A stretch of DNA of 59,133 nucleotides, filler included, from Babesia bigemina (GCF_000981445.1; 10 parts of 10 records of this genome joined end to end with filler, not necessarily neighbours in it), one strand, 5' to 3'. Shown: positions 29,829-43,015, numbered from the whole stretch's first letter. Numbers and translations: made by a program. The notes: a model not told the origin generated them from the sequence alone.

Positions 29829-32800
29829 TTACGGCTGTAGATACGATATCTTGGCAAGCCTTCCGACTTGCGCTGCCGCCAACAATGATTGCGCCGTTAT
29901 CCTGTGCGACGACGGTGTTCGCAGGTGTGAGCGTATGTGGAGCACATCCAGTCTGCCAACCATTACGCAAATGAGGTAGAAGAGGGACAGTGACCAGAGC
30001 GCGACGTTCATCCACAAGAAAGGTGCGCGGATGGTGAACATGAATTTATCAATGGCTTTGAAAAACTGCACAAGATGTGAGTCCTTCTCAAATGCCTCCG
30101 CAAATACATAGCAGAAATCTCTGCACGTGCGTTTCTTCTCAATGCCTGCGCTTCCGTTCAGCCTCTCTGGATCGCCGAGAACGAAGCCGTACTTCGCCAA
30201 TGTCGGCAGCGTAGCATTGCACTGTACAATGGATTTGCAATTGCGATCGTGATATCGTGGCGGATCTTTTTTGGATGTAGTAGGACACCCCTTGATGCAC
30301 GATTTACCATGGCAATTCGATCCCCTGGCACCGCATTTGGAATTGCACTCATCATACAATTTCTTAAGCAGATCGTAGAACGATGCCGTCAGGTAAACGA
30401 TCCACGACAAATACTTATCGGCGTGTTTTGACGAGAACGTCTCGTAGATGGCGTGAGTGATGGGCCGCAAATAAGGACCGCATACTACGGCGTCCCTTGA
30501 TAAGCATACGAGACTGCCCAGGCTACCATCGGAGTGGCCCTTCTTCAATGCTGAGTGACTAGGGGTAAATAAGTGGTAGACGTTCAACTCACCATAACTA
30601 CGTCCGAAATTGGCTGCTTTAACTTTCTCCTCAAATGCCTCTTTCTTGTGTTTGTTACCGTGCATACCCCAGCGATCGGTGAGGTGATAGTAGAAGCTGA
30701 ACATGTCCGTTAGTGTTTTCGGAGCACTGGGTAGCAGGCAGTTGAGGTAACCGCACAGTCTAGTGAGAGGGGAGTTAGGACGGCCACAAAAATCGTAAAG
30801 CACCTCGCATATATTGCGGCCCATCATCGTATGCGACGCGGTGGCACCGATGTCAGCGAAGCCCATCGGAGTTCGGCACGGCATACCAGGTGTACTACCA
30901 CACGTGCCACATGACAGACTGGATCCCCTAGCCGTAACCGAATGCGGCAGGTGGCCTTTCAAACCGTCCTCCAAGAACGATTGCAGTGGCGACTTGACGC
31001 CGCAGTTGGGATATTGGCCACCCGTTTGGTTGCCACTTTGGTCATGCCGTTGGTCGCAGTCTTGCTTAGGGCACTGCTTCGTGTTGCACTGCCAGCCCGA
31101 CCCACCGATGTACCTGCCGTAGTGGCAGTCCCTCCAGCCGCTGAGCTGAGTTGTAAGTTGACACTGCTGCAGCAGGAAGTACAGCTGGTGGTAGAGGCGC
31201 TTGAGCAGGTCGAACAACGTACACAGTAACTGAATCATGCTGGTTGGGTAATCTAACTTGAGCGAGTTGTCGGAGAATTCACACGCGTAGATTCCGTCCT
31301 TGTGACCGTGGCCTAGTATAGCAGTGAGGACGGCGTGGGAGTGGGCAGACACATTGTAGAGCTGCTTTTCGACGTCAGTGTATTTGACAGGTGACGGGTG
31401 CGCTTCGAAGGGCTGCAGCGTTTTAGTACCCGGCCTTTGCTTGTCCTCCTTCATGAACTCAGATTCAACGTGCTTCTTGAACCTCTCGTACACGGGGTTG
31501 AACTGCAGGCCGCAGCACCAGACGAGAATTTCGTAAACGGAGCAAGGAGCCCGGGGTTTCTCAATACGAGTAAGGTGGCATACGGTGAAGTAATCGTGTA
31601 GACTTGAATATAGCTTTTGAACGACGCCATCATCCGTGGCGACCTCTACGGTCAGGTCAGCAGAACCATCGGTACGGAGAAGTGAGGCATCCGCGGGCTC
31701 ACCTGCGACGAACAACTTATGTTCAGCGTTTGTGAGATGTTTGAGAATGCTGCTACCGTTGAAGTCTTGTCTGTGATTCAGCTCGCCATATGGAATGGTC
31801 GGCTGAGCACCAATGTCGTAACCCTGATCATGGAAGAATGTTTTGTGCAAACTATGATTGGGGTTCGTGGAATCGTACATTTTGTAGCTTTCCCAGCCTT
31901 CAGCATCAAGTCCAGATTTGAGGTGATCAAGTGCAGTGTATACAATGGGAATCATGCTTAGACACACCATTGCGCCACGTTTTCCGTCAAGTGTTAATTC
32001 GACATCTTTCTGTTTCGCACTTTCGGATGATGCCTTATCCTTCAGTGTGTCGACGGTAGTTGTCGTTTTAGATTTTTCGGAATCAGGCAGCTCTATCACC
32101 CAGTGCTTGATGGGCTTCGCTCCTTCGTACATGTTTATGTAGGTCTTGTCAAGCTCGCCAACCAGACCCATAAAACCTAATCTTAGAGCGTCTAGAATTA
32201 ATGCGGAAGACTCACAGAGCTTGTCGGATGTCAAGCCGCCAAGTGCCTTTCTAAGCCTGTTTAGGTAGTCCATGAACGTCCTATCATACCGCTGCGAATC
32301 TTCGATGGCAGTAAGCAGCATACGCAATGCGTCGTGTGACGGGTTGGCTTTACCAAAATTGTACGTAAGATCCGGCTGTTTAGCTAGATAATGGAAGAGA
32401 CGCTTTAATGCTCCGTAAAGTTTCGTTGATGCTTGGCTAAGCGGCGATTTTTGTCCAGGGGAAGCTTTATCCGGAATCTTTTTCAAGGCCTGCAAACCTT
32501 TCTCGTGCTTGAGGAACTGAGTGTCCATTATGCTCATAAACCCCTTAAATCCGGACTCCGACTCTTTAGTGATCAACCCAGGCAGCGGTTGTAATTCCGT
32601 CTCAGCTTTTGTTGAAAAAGCCACGAGCAGACCTTGTAGAGATGTAACGTACTGCTTTCTGGCTTGTGTGATTAAAGTCCTCTTAGCGCTCTCCACTTGT
32701 GAATCGACGTCTCTTCCTAGTGCCTGGATGGTGGCGGTACCGGAGTGGTCTACAGTTCCAAGAAATTTTTTGGCAGCATCCAGGGCTACTGCGACCGGAT

Positions 32801-35114
32801 GTTTCAAATCGTTGAAGGAGTGTTGAAGTTCCTGGAGTTCACCTTTATTGGGAGTTTTTCCAACCTTAAAATTTTTAAGGTTCTCTAATTTTTTGTTTGC
32901 GAAAAAAGCGGCATCAGATATTGTGCGTGTGAGCAACTTGAGAGTATCAGTAATTTTAGTGGACATCTCGGTAATAGCTTTGGTAGTTATCTCCACTGTG
33001 ATGTCGTTAATTTGGGATTTCAAAGAGCCGCCATCTTCTTTCAGTATTGGGTCGAGATCGTTAACTCTCCCTGTCACAGCCGACAATGAATCAGTGATCT
33101 GTCGAGCTAAACTAGTATTGTGATTGTCATCTATGCTAATGTTTTGTTTAATCTGTTTGATCTTGTCTACAGTGCCCTTCACGTTGATGCCGAGATCGCA
33201 TAGCGATACGGCAAATGTTTGCAGTTCGTCGTTAATTCGCTGTACAGTGGATTGTAAAGCTGTTAGAAGTGCACGAATCGCAGACTTAAGATGTGAATCG
33301 CTGTAGCTGATGTAACTCGGAGGCCTACCTTTGGTACAAAAAACACTCTCAATATCTCCGCATATCTCCTCCGCAAATTTCAATACCGCATTAGTTGGAT
33401 CATTGAACTTATCTGCTATCGCTTGCGCAAACCTACCGCAAACCTCCTGGACATATTCCACTTTCTTCTTCAAGTTCTTGCTTTTTATTACAACGTCGCT
33501 TTCTGCACGGGCACTGCTTATTTGGTTGCTCAGCTTATTCTTAATCCTCGTTGCGATTCCTTGAATATTTTTATAATTCAATTCATCTTTTTCGGTAGTT
33601 ACATATTCCGCATTAAACGGAAAGCCATTTTTTAATCTATCCTTATTTTCGCTTATATACCTCTTCATACAATATTTAACTGCAGCATTATTTTTTAAAG
33701 CATCACTCACCCACTGTTCCACCTTCTTTCCAAACTCATCCGCATTGAATCCACTAGCATACTCCTCAATACCGTTAACAATTTTATCTAGATGGCCATT
33801 TTTGATTGTATTTGTCACACCTGAACCCAGCGTTTGTAGTTCACTACTAAGGAAATGCCAATCCTTCACTAATCCCTGCTTACTTCCACCGACTTCTCCT
33901 TGAACGTTTAATTTCAACACTTTAAAATACTCTTCAACCTGCGTAACCAACCCTGTGAGTCCACCTTTTACTGTGCTCTCAATATACGTACTAAGCTCAT
34001 CCCTACGTTTCCTTAATTCCGTCACCGCATCCTCAATAGGATATTTCAGACTAGTAAGGCTGTTGTCGGTCTGCTCAGTAATTTTTTTCAGATGTCCCTG
34101 CGTGACTTCAATTTCTTTATCAGCATTGTTGATCCATTCCTGTAATTCGTCAACGTGCTGCGGCAGCTCTTTGTTTATCTTCTCAAGCTGCTGGAATATC
34201 GTCTGCACCATCTGCCTCAAACCGCGGATCAACTCATTTACTTTATTACCAATTTCGCGATTAACGCACGTACCAACACCTACGAGCGTTGTTTTAATAC
34301 ACGCCTCCAAGCTCTGAAAGCGCTCCTTCTCCTTCGCTGCCAACTCACTCAACCTGGTTTTCTCATGCACAACGGTCCTACGTACATTATCTATTCTATC
34401 ACGTAATTTATCACTAAGATCATTAATTGCGTTTCTAGTTGTTTCATCATTATTCTGCATATCTAAAGTTTTATTAAAGTCGGCGGCTCTCTTTTCATAT
34501 TCTGCCAACCTCCTCTGGACCTCTTCCGCAGCTTGTTCATATTTCAAAGTCTCATCTGCTACACGATTATTTTGTACAATTTCACTTACCGTTTTTTTGA
34601 GTCTCTTCATCTCTCTGTCGAAATCTGTTATTTTGTTCTTGACATGGTTGCTGGAATTTCTGACACCATCATTATACCTCCCCACCCCTTCGACCACCTT
34701 TACAATCGCATCATTAAAACCTTTTTTACCGGCGTGTTTATTGGTGTTAAGACTCTCAATTGCATCATTCAAAGTATCTTTATGCTGCCCTAAATGCTCT
34801 TTGATGTTACTGAGAACACCACTCAAAAATCCCATCACTGCATCACACAGCCTGTCAAGGTCAGAGTACACAATACCACTGCCATCGTAGCCTTTGGAAG
34901 CAGAGTTGAAGCCGAGGAAAGTCTCGAGGCCGGAGCAGAAATTAGTAAGGATGTTAGTAGGGTTGTTATTTGAGGTATTTTTAAGGTTTTAAATTTTGTC
35001 AAATTTCTTGCCAAGCTCCCTAGGCGGCACATGGTCAGGGCAGTGGCAAGAGGTGGAGGAAGGAAAGTGAAGGGTGACAAGGCACAAGTTATTATTGTGG
35101 TCTAAAGAGGTCAT
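29829..35114 (-). CDS. ves1: ves1b-type antigen of a second C-terminal subclass. Leader ATG 35114 is in frame but has TAA at 34991; open from 34988 to the stop; first downstream ATG is 34835 (MGFL).
   Basis: GIVYSDLDRLCD, KSPLQSFLED..GHLPH, GMPCRTPMGF, TM FLWMNVALWSLSLFYLICVMVG, tail RLDVLHIRSHLRTPSSHRITAQSLL...YLQP. Confidence 0.85.
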
Positions 35115-35141
35115 AGCGGTATTATGGCGAGGTAATTCGAG

Positions 35142-36169
35142 GGATGTAGACTGGATAGAGGAGCGATGTAGAGTGGATAAAGGGGCGATGTAGAGTGGGT
35201 AAAGGGGCGATGTAGAGTGGGTTAAGGGGCGATGTGGAGTGGATTAGGGAGCGATGTGGAGTGGGTTAAAGAGCGATGTAGAGTGGGTAAAGGAGCGATG
35301 TAGAGTGGGTTAGGGAGCGATGAAGAGTGGGTTAAGTAGCGATGTAGAGTGGGTTAGGGAGCGATGTAGAGTGGGTTAGGGAGCGATGAAGAGTGGATAA
35401 GGGAGCGATGTAGAGTGGGTTAGGGAGCGATGTGGAGTGGATAAAGGGGCGATGTAGAGTGGATAAGGGGCGATGTGGAGTGGGTTAGGGAGCGATGTAG
35501 AGTGGGTAAAGGGGCGATGTAGAGTGGATAAAGGGGCGATGTAGAGTGGATAAAGGGGCGATGTAGAGTGGGTTAGGGAGCGATGTGGAGTGCGTTAAGG
35601 GGTGATGGAGAGTGGGTTAAGGGGCGATGTAGAGTGGGTTAAGGGGCGATGTAGAGTGGATAAAAGGGCGATGTAGAGTGAATAAAGGGGCGATGTAAGG
35701 TGGGTTAAGGGGCGATGTAGAGTGGTTTAAGGAGCGATGTAGAGTGGTTTAAGGAGCGATGTGGAGTGGGTAAAGGGGCGATGCAGAGTGGGTTAAGGAG
35801 CGATGTAGAGTGGATAAAGGGGCGATGTAGAGTGGGTTAGGGAGCGATGTAGAGTGGATAAAGGGGTGATGTAGAGTGGGTTAGGGAGCGATGTAGAGTA
35901 GGTAAAGGGGCGATGTAGAGTGGGTAAGGGAGCGATGTAGAGTGGATAAGGGGCGATGTGGAGTGGATAAAGGGGCGATGTGGAGTGGATAAAGGGGCGA
36001 TGTAGAGTGGATAAAGGGGCGACTAAAGGAGGTTAAGGGGCGATGTAAGGTGGATAAAGGGGCGATGTAGAGTGGGTTAGGGAGCGATGTAGAGTGGGTA
36101 AAGGGGCGATGTAGAGTGGGTTAGGGAGCGATGAAGAGTGGGTAAGGGAGCGATGTAGAGTGGGTAAAG
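35142..36169 (-). repeat. 21-bp satellite A upstream of the ves leader, runs off contig
   Basis: Tandem units. Confidence 0.97.
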
Positions 36170-36269
36170 NNNNNNNNNNNNNNNNNNNNNNNNNNNNNNN
36201 NNNNNNNNNNNNNTTAATTAATTAANNNNNNNNNNNNNNNNNNNNNNNNNNNNNNNNNNNNNNNNNNNN
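36170..36269. other. Artificial contig linker
   Basis: N44 TTAATTAATTAA N44. Confidence 0.99.
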
Positions 36270-37784
36270 GTGGATATCGGAGCCTTCGGTGTTCTGTACT
36301 TTAGTGACGCCGGTGATAACTAATTGCAGTCTTTCGTTAATAGTATCTCTGATGTGTTTTATCACATTTTGCGTTGCCTTCAATTGACCATTTGAACGAA
36401 AATAGCTTTTAGTCACGTTAGTATGCGCATATGCATCAATCGACGAATATACTGGTTCTCCGGATTTGAAAACGTCTTCCAACCATTGTTCAACCTTTGC
36501 CTTGAAACTTTCTCCTTCAAACGTTTTGGCATAATCCTTGACTTTCTTTTCGATATTACCGAGATTGCTTGCTTGTTCACTCTCTACGTATATTCCGTCA
36601 ACAAGCTTACGAATGTGCGCCTGCAACGCCTCCCATTTATTCTCTATACTTTCCTCATTCGTCTCAGTTGTTCCGTTTTTTTGAACACCTTTGCGTATCG
36701 CATCAAACTCTTCATGAGCAAAAGCTGCCAAATTGCTCATTGCCAACGTGTTGGATTTTAAATTTCTATGAATTTCCTCAACCGCATTCCTAATGGTATC
36801 GAAATAAAACGTTATGTACGATTTGTAATCTACGTCCAATCTGCCAGCCTGCTTCAACGCTTCTTCCAGGAGCCCATTTATTATTTTAAAACGATCTTTC
36901 CTTGTTTTATTAAGCTCATGAATTCCGTCTAATATCATCGTGAATTTCTGCTCTAACATATATTTGACGTTCTCACTCTGTCTATTTATGTCGTTCTGAA
37001 GACGTTTCTTTTGCTTACGTAACTCATCGTCCACCCTCTTTGCCTGCTCCGCAAATTTTGCGCCGAATGCAGTATTTTTTAAAACATGTACTGCCCCTGC
37101 AATCTGATTCATTTCGCGTGTTATTTTCATTTTTAATGCGATGTCTAAGGTATCAACATCGTTTTCAATTTCAGTGACCGTTGATGATATACCGTCAACA
37201 GTCGACTGCCAGCGCTGCAACTGTTTTTCTAGGTTTTGAGTGGCATCTATTTCTGTTATTTTTGCGCTTATTTTATCGTCTCTCAAGGTTGCTAATTTAG
37301 AATTAACTGCCTCAGTCCGCTTATTCAACTCGGCAACATAGTCATGAAGTACACGCATCACATGGTCTATGCAAACACCAAATCCATAAACACCATTATG
37401 CATATTATCTAAAATTTTATTAAGGTCAAGTTCAGTTATCAAAGTGTATGTCTTAACGCTTGGATCATCTTTCACCGCACCAAGCACGCCACTCAAAAAT
37501 CCCATCACCCCGTCACACAGCCTGTCCAAGTCAGAGTACACAATCCCAGTGCCGTCGTAGCCTTTGGTCTCAGAGTTGAAGCCGAGGAAAGTTTCGAGCC
37601 CAGAGCAGAGGTTATTAAGGATGTTATTAGGGGTGTTATTTGAGGTAATTTTAGGGTTCAAAATTTAGTCAAATTTCTTGTCAAGCTCCCTAGGCGACAC
37701 ATGGTCAGGGCAGTGGCAAGAGGTGGAAGAGGGGAAGTGAAGGGTGACAAGGCACAAGTTATTGCTATGGCTAATGGAGGTCAT
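36270..37784 (-). CDS. ves1: ves1b-type antigen, 5' part. Leader ATG 37784 is in frame with TAA at 37667; next ATG is 37505 (MGFL); 3' end cut by the contig end.
   Basis: NILNNLCSGLETFLGFN..GYDGTGIVYSDLDRLCDGVMGFL followed by coiled coil. Confidence 0.8.
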
Positions 37785-37809
37785 AGCGGTATTATGGCGA
37801 GGTGATTCG

Positions 37810-38643
37810 AGCGATGTAGAGTGGATAAAGGGGCGATGTAGAGTGGGTTAGGGAGCGATGTGTAGTGGGTAAAGGAGCGATGTGTAGTGGGTAAAGGAGC
37901 GATGTAGAGTGGATTAAGGAGCGATGTAGAGTGGGTAAGGTAGCGATGTAGAGTGGGTTAAGGGGCGATGTAGAGTGCGTTAAGGAGCGATGTAGAGTGG
38001 GTTAGGGAGCGATGTGGAGTGGTTAAAGGGGCGATGTGGAGTGGGTTAGGGAGCGATGTAGAGTGGGTAAAGGGGCGATGTAGAGTGGGTAAAGGGGCGA
38101 TGTAGGGTGGATAAGGGAACGATGTAGAGTGGGTTAGGGAGCGATGTAGAGTGGGTTAAGCGGCGATGTAGAGTGGATAAAGGAGCGATGTAGAGTGGGT
38201 AAAGGGGCGATGTAGAGTGGATAAAAGGGCGATGTAGAGTGGGTTAGGGAGCGATGTGGAGTGGGTTAAGGGGCGATGTAGAGTGGATTAGGGAGCGATG
38301 TAGAGTGGGTAAAGGGGCGATGTAGAGTGGATAAAGGCGCGATGTAGAGTGGATAAAGGGGCGATGTAGAGTGGGTTAGGGAGCGATGAAGGGTGGGTTA
38401 GTGAGCGATGTAGAGTGGATAAAAGGGCGATGTAGAGTGGGTTAGGGGGCGATGTAGAGTGGGTTAAGGGGCGATGTGGAGTGGATTAGGGAGCGATGTA
38501 GAGTTGGTTAAGGGGCGATGTAGGGTGAATAAAGGAGCGATGTCGAGTGGATTAGGGAGCGATGTGGAGTGGATAAAGGGGCGATGTAGAGTGGATTAAG
38601 GAGCGATGTAGAGTGGGTTTAGGGGCCATGTGGAATTGAATTA
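37810..38643 (-). repeat. 21-bp satellite A upstream of the ves leader
   Basis: Tandem units. Confidence 0.97.
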
Positions 38644-38743
38644 NNNNNNNNNNNNNNNNNNNNNNNNNNNNNNNNNNNNNNNNNNNNTTAATTAATTAAN
38701 NNNNNNNNNNNNNNNNNNNNNNNNNNNNNNNNNNNNNNNNNNN
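38644..38743. other. Artificial contig linker
   Basis: N44 TTAATTAATTAA N44. Confidence 0.99.
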
Positions 38744-39427
38744 AATCTCGCAGCAGTGCTCCCACCATTCATACAAAACTAGGGGCGGTGTCGTACATAG
38801 CGACAACTGCGGCGTAAATGCGTCATCATTAAGCGTACTGACTGGTCAGTATACATGGCCGTAGTCTACGCATGACGCGGAGGAACAGAACTACCTAATT
38901 CACGCAATTTCAACTTTAAAACGCGTGAAATAAAACACATTAAGCCAACGCATTAGCGGCAACGCATTACCTCGAGGTGGCATAAATTACAGGTGGACAC
39001 GTTTACATAAACTAGTGTCAACATTGATAAGAACGTTCAAAATGCGAAAACACGCCTAATAATGTACACAAAATGTATACGCCGTCCTGACGAGGAATCA
39101 TCAACTCAACCTGGAATTAGACACGGTAAAGAAGTTCAGTGTGTGGCACACATTCGCCCTCGAGGGGAATGATTTCACCCAGTTGTACGCATTGCTTATG
39201 ATATGGTACACGTACGGCAGTGTGAAAGATTTAATAATGTATCCTTATATATATATCAGGATTCCGTAGAAGGTGCGTGTCACTACGCGAAAGAGCCGGT
39301 GAGCATGAATGCGTAGCGCAATATGGGCGGATGTGAAGGCCAAGGGTTATGAGTAGCGTGTAAACAGTAAAATATTACGAGGCATCCGTCACATAGAGCG
39401 TGTGTCTAGAGCAGCCGTCGTCTACAG

Positions 39428-39523
39428 TCACTGCATCGCACTTGTCTGCAGTAATTCTTGTTTTAGACAGGTGCACCGCCTATGTGTGAGAATATGGCAC
39501 ATTGGCGCATAAGCACTCTCAAT
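39428..39523 (+). promoter_or_regulatory. Putative rap-1a core promoter region, variant containing AGGTGCAC (39469-39476)
   Basis: Differs from the three other visible upstream regions only within about 39453-39500. Confidence 0.5.
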
Positions 39524-39677
39524 AAGTGATTGTGAACGCGGAATTAGGTCGGCCGTGCCGTTTTTCCGTTAGAATAATATTTCAAGCAGATTCGTCTAAA
39601 CGTTCTGCTGTCACTATCGTAATACACATAGCGTTGTCTGCTAACGTTTTGTGAGCGACATTCCCTTTTGCGTAACA

Positions 39678-41063
39678 ATGAGGAGCTTGTTGGGTGTGTG
39701 TTTTGGAGCTCTCTTGCTCGTAGCAAGGAGCGGTTCTGCTATTCGTTATACTCACCGTTCGGGTGTTATGTCAGCAGAGGTGGTTGGAGATGTGTCCAAG
39801 ACCTTGCTGGCAGCCAATGAGGTTGTCAATGCTGAAATGGAAGCAACTCAGGTCAACAAAGATATGCAAACTCAATTGGCTAATGTTAAGGAGACCATTG
39901 TTGGTGAGGTCTGCGAGAAAGTTGCTGGAAACTCTACCTGCGGTGAGAGCGTAATTGCCTATGTTAACCGTTGTGACGAGGGCGATTGTCTGACGCTCGA
40001 CAGCATGAAGTACAAGCCGTTGAGTCTGCCAAATCCTTACCAGTTGGACGCTGCCTTCATGCTTTTCAGGGAATGTGATTCTAACCCTGCGAAGAATGAG
40101 GTGAAGCGCTTCTGGATGCGTTCGAGGAGCAGTCACGGCGACTACCATCACTTTGTTGTTAGCCTGTTGAAGAAGAATGTTGTACGCGACCCTGAATCCA
40201 ATGATGTTGAGAACTTCGCATCGCAGTACTTCTACATGACTACGTTGTACTACAAGACTTACCTGACCGTTGACTTTACGGCGGCTAAGTTCTTCAACAA
40301 GCTTGCTTTCACAACCCGCCTGTTCGGTTTCGGTATCCAGAGGGCGTTGAAGCGTTTGGTTAGGAGCAACCTTCCCGTTGACCTTGGAACCCACCCTGAG
40401 GCCACCATCCGCGAGATAGCTAGCGGCTACGGCGAATACATGATGACCCAGGTGCCTGCGATGACCTCGTTCGCTGAGCGTTTCTCCAAGATGGCTACTA
40501 AGACTCTGTTGGTTACCGTCAGCGACTACGTCCGGTTGCCCGCGTACAAGAGGTGGTACAGGAAGTTCAAGGAGTTCATTGTGACCTTCTTTACCGACCC
40601 TGCCAAGTTGATTTTGAAGCACGTCTCTCAGCCTGTGAAGACTGCGTACACAAAGCTGGTCCCCGAAGAACATAGGCAGGCTATCAGGAATGCCGTCGGT
40701 CAAAGCACCAAGCGTGTTGCCAACGGTGTACGTGATTTGGCAAAGAAGATTAAGGAGCCTAGCCAACAAATAATTCGTGAGAAGCTGCCTCACTACCTTT
40801 CTAAGGCAAAGGGAGCCGTTGAGCACGTTGTTGACAAGGTTAAATCAAAAACTTTTAAGAAGCGTGCTGGTGAATCATCGGAAGAATCATACAGCGATTC
40901 CGAAGAAGAAATTCTCAAGGAATCACAATACAACCCAGCAAAGAGTGTTGCGGAGTCAGCTGATAAGGATGACTATCTGTACGCAGATTGGAAAGATGCA
41001 GCTCTTTATAAAAAGTATAACTGGGTAGATGGTGTGGGCTACGAAATAAAGGACGACGAATAA
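39678..41063 (+). CDS. rap-1a: RAP-1a, 461 aa, N-type EKVAGNSTCGES, C-terminus ending YEIKDDE
   Basis: Same motifs as the 12946 copy; central region appears identical. Confidence 0.96.
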   Translation: MRSLLGVCFGALLLVARSGSAIRYTHRSGVMSAEVVGDVSKTLLAANEVVNAEMEATQVNKDMQTQLANVKETIVGEVCEKVAGNSTCGESVIAYVNRCDEGDCLTLDSMKYKPLSLPNPYQLDAAFMLFRECDSNPAKNEVKRFWMRSRSSHGDYHHFVVSLLKKNVVRDPESNDVENFASQYFYMTTLYYKTYLTVDFTAAKFFNKLAFTTRLFGFGIQRALKRLVRSNLPVDLGTHPEATIREIASGYGEYMMTQVPAMTSFAERFSKMATKTLLVTVSDYVRLPAYKRWYRKFKEFIVTFFTDPAKLILKHVSQPVKTAYTKLVPEEHRQAIRNAVGQSTKRVANGVRDLAKKIKEPSQQIIREKLPHYLSKAKGAVEHVVDKVKSKTFKKRAGESSEESYSDSEEEILKESQYNPAKSVAESADKDDYLYADWKDAALYKKYNWVDGVGYEIKDDE

Positions 41064-41964
41064 AATAACAAAGCATCGCATCATTATGCTGCAAAATTGT
41101 AGTTCTACTTAATCAAAAATGCACCAATGCCTTCTTTATATCGCACGTTCACATTATATATCTAATCTCCATCGTTTTTTACTTTTATGTTGGTCAGGTG
41201 TTCATATTTGCCAAGGCACCGTGCTGAGATCGCTGCGTCATTTTTGCGTGTAATATGTCGTATAATGTGCGTCCCATGGCTGCGCTGCTATTCGCTACAT
41301 GCGCTGCCACCATGGCCGTAGATAGCGTGTCTGCAGGCAACGCTGCAATAATAAAAAATTTCGTGACTGAGTTACGCACGCGCCATAACGTTATACAATC
41401 AGTATTTGAAGAGTACAGCGTCGATTGCAAAATTTTCGTAGGTGCGTGTGATTCCTACCCGACAGGCAGCATTCAAAGGCAACGACTTAAGAAGCTATGC
41501 CGTCCACACACTCTCATGAGAGTGATAACTGTTCAAAAGTCGTTCACTTTTAATCAAATAAGAGCCAATGGTGATTGCATTGACCTTTGCTGTAAGGATG
41601 TGTATGAACGCCGCCGCTAGACACGGCAGCGCAATTGAGAAAAGAGACATTTGAGTATTGCTACACAATGTTGCAATTATAAGCGTTGGGTGTATCACGA
41701 ATGATGCGATTCTTTTGTGTTTGGATTTGTCTAGGCCACGTGCGAGGTTTCGCACTTTTTTGCATCAACGTACCTTACGGTCAACTAGATCGGTCGGCAA
41801 CGGTTCCTAGGCCTTCTTCTTTGTATAATATAGCTCATTGCGTCGTACTTTATTGTATGAGGTACGACTTAGCAGTATTTGTTTCCGTCCTTGCATCCAA
41901 TTTCGTGCAGACTACACTTAACACACTGATAGGTCTTTAAGTTATACACCAGATTCCGGAGGTC

Positions 41965-43015
41965 ATGATGGCACCTGTTTTGAAGCGCGTCGTGTCATTG
42001 TATGCTGCGCTGGCTGTGCCCCTTGTCCTCAGTGTATCTTATCGTACCCCGCGCTTGTCTAGGGGCATGAATGTGGACATGCCGTCCGAATCACTGGGAC
42101 AGGAAGACGCTGTTGCCAACGTATCGCGTGTCCGTCAAAGGTTGAATAAAGCCATGTCTCAATCTGCGGCTTATTTCAGTACAGTAGTTATGGATTCTGT
42201 CTGCAAGGGACGCAGGAGCGAAATGGAAGCTTGTCGCTCCGCGCTGCAACCCTACATGGCTCGTTGCGAGGATGGCGACTGTTTGCATATCGACATGGAG
42301 AGTATTGAGGTATCAGGAAGCACTAGTGTACCGCTACCTAATAAATTTCAACTGGATTGCGCCTTCGAGTTGTACAAAATGAGCTCTGCATTTCCATTCA
42401 GGGCTTTCCGCGGTATCGTAGCTCGATTCCAGAAAGGAGGACGCTACACTGCATACCGCGACTTTATATTGCATCTTATGTTGGCCAATGTGGAAGAAGG
42501 GACGTCAAGCGATTTTGAGACGTTCATGAAGAAATATCTTTTCATGGCGGCTGTCCAATACAAGACTTATTTGATGTTGGAAAACTGGAAAGTAAAACTC
42601 CAGAATATGACTGATTTATCGCATTTTATATGTGTGGACAAAATTGAACGATCTCTGGTTCAAATAATCGTGCAGACTGCACCCCAGTCCGCTATAGGAA
42701 CGCCTATAAGTGCGATTGACCATACGTGAAGAGCTTCGCTGCTTACATAAATTCGTTCCGACTCAATCATGAGCGATTTGCGGAATATATTCTTCAGTAG
42801 TCTTCATTGCGCTTATGTCGTCAATCAGCAACACTCGCCACAAGGAATTAAGAGCAAGGGATCACAAGCTGGAGCCCTGGAAAAACTTTTACCGGAAATA
42901 CGTGATGCCGGTATTTGGCGCATTTAAGGGCATGTACAGCTACGTGTCAGGTAAGGTCGTGAACTCGTTTGGCGGGTCAGCTAAGAGAAAGTTGCAAACA
43001 GAGGACGCCGCCTAG
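41965..43015 (+). pseudogene. rap-1b: rap-1b copy with two 1-nt deletions (about 42719 and 42787) and three substitutions; probably sequencing error
   Basis: 1051 nt versus 1053 nt in intact copies. GATTGACCAT versus GATTGAACCAT; GGAATATATT versus GGAATTATATT. Confidence 0.8.
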
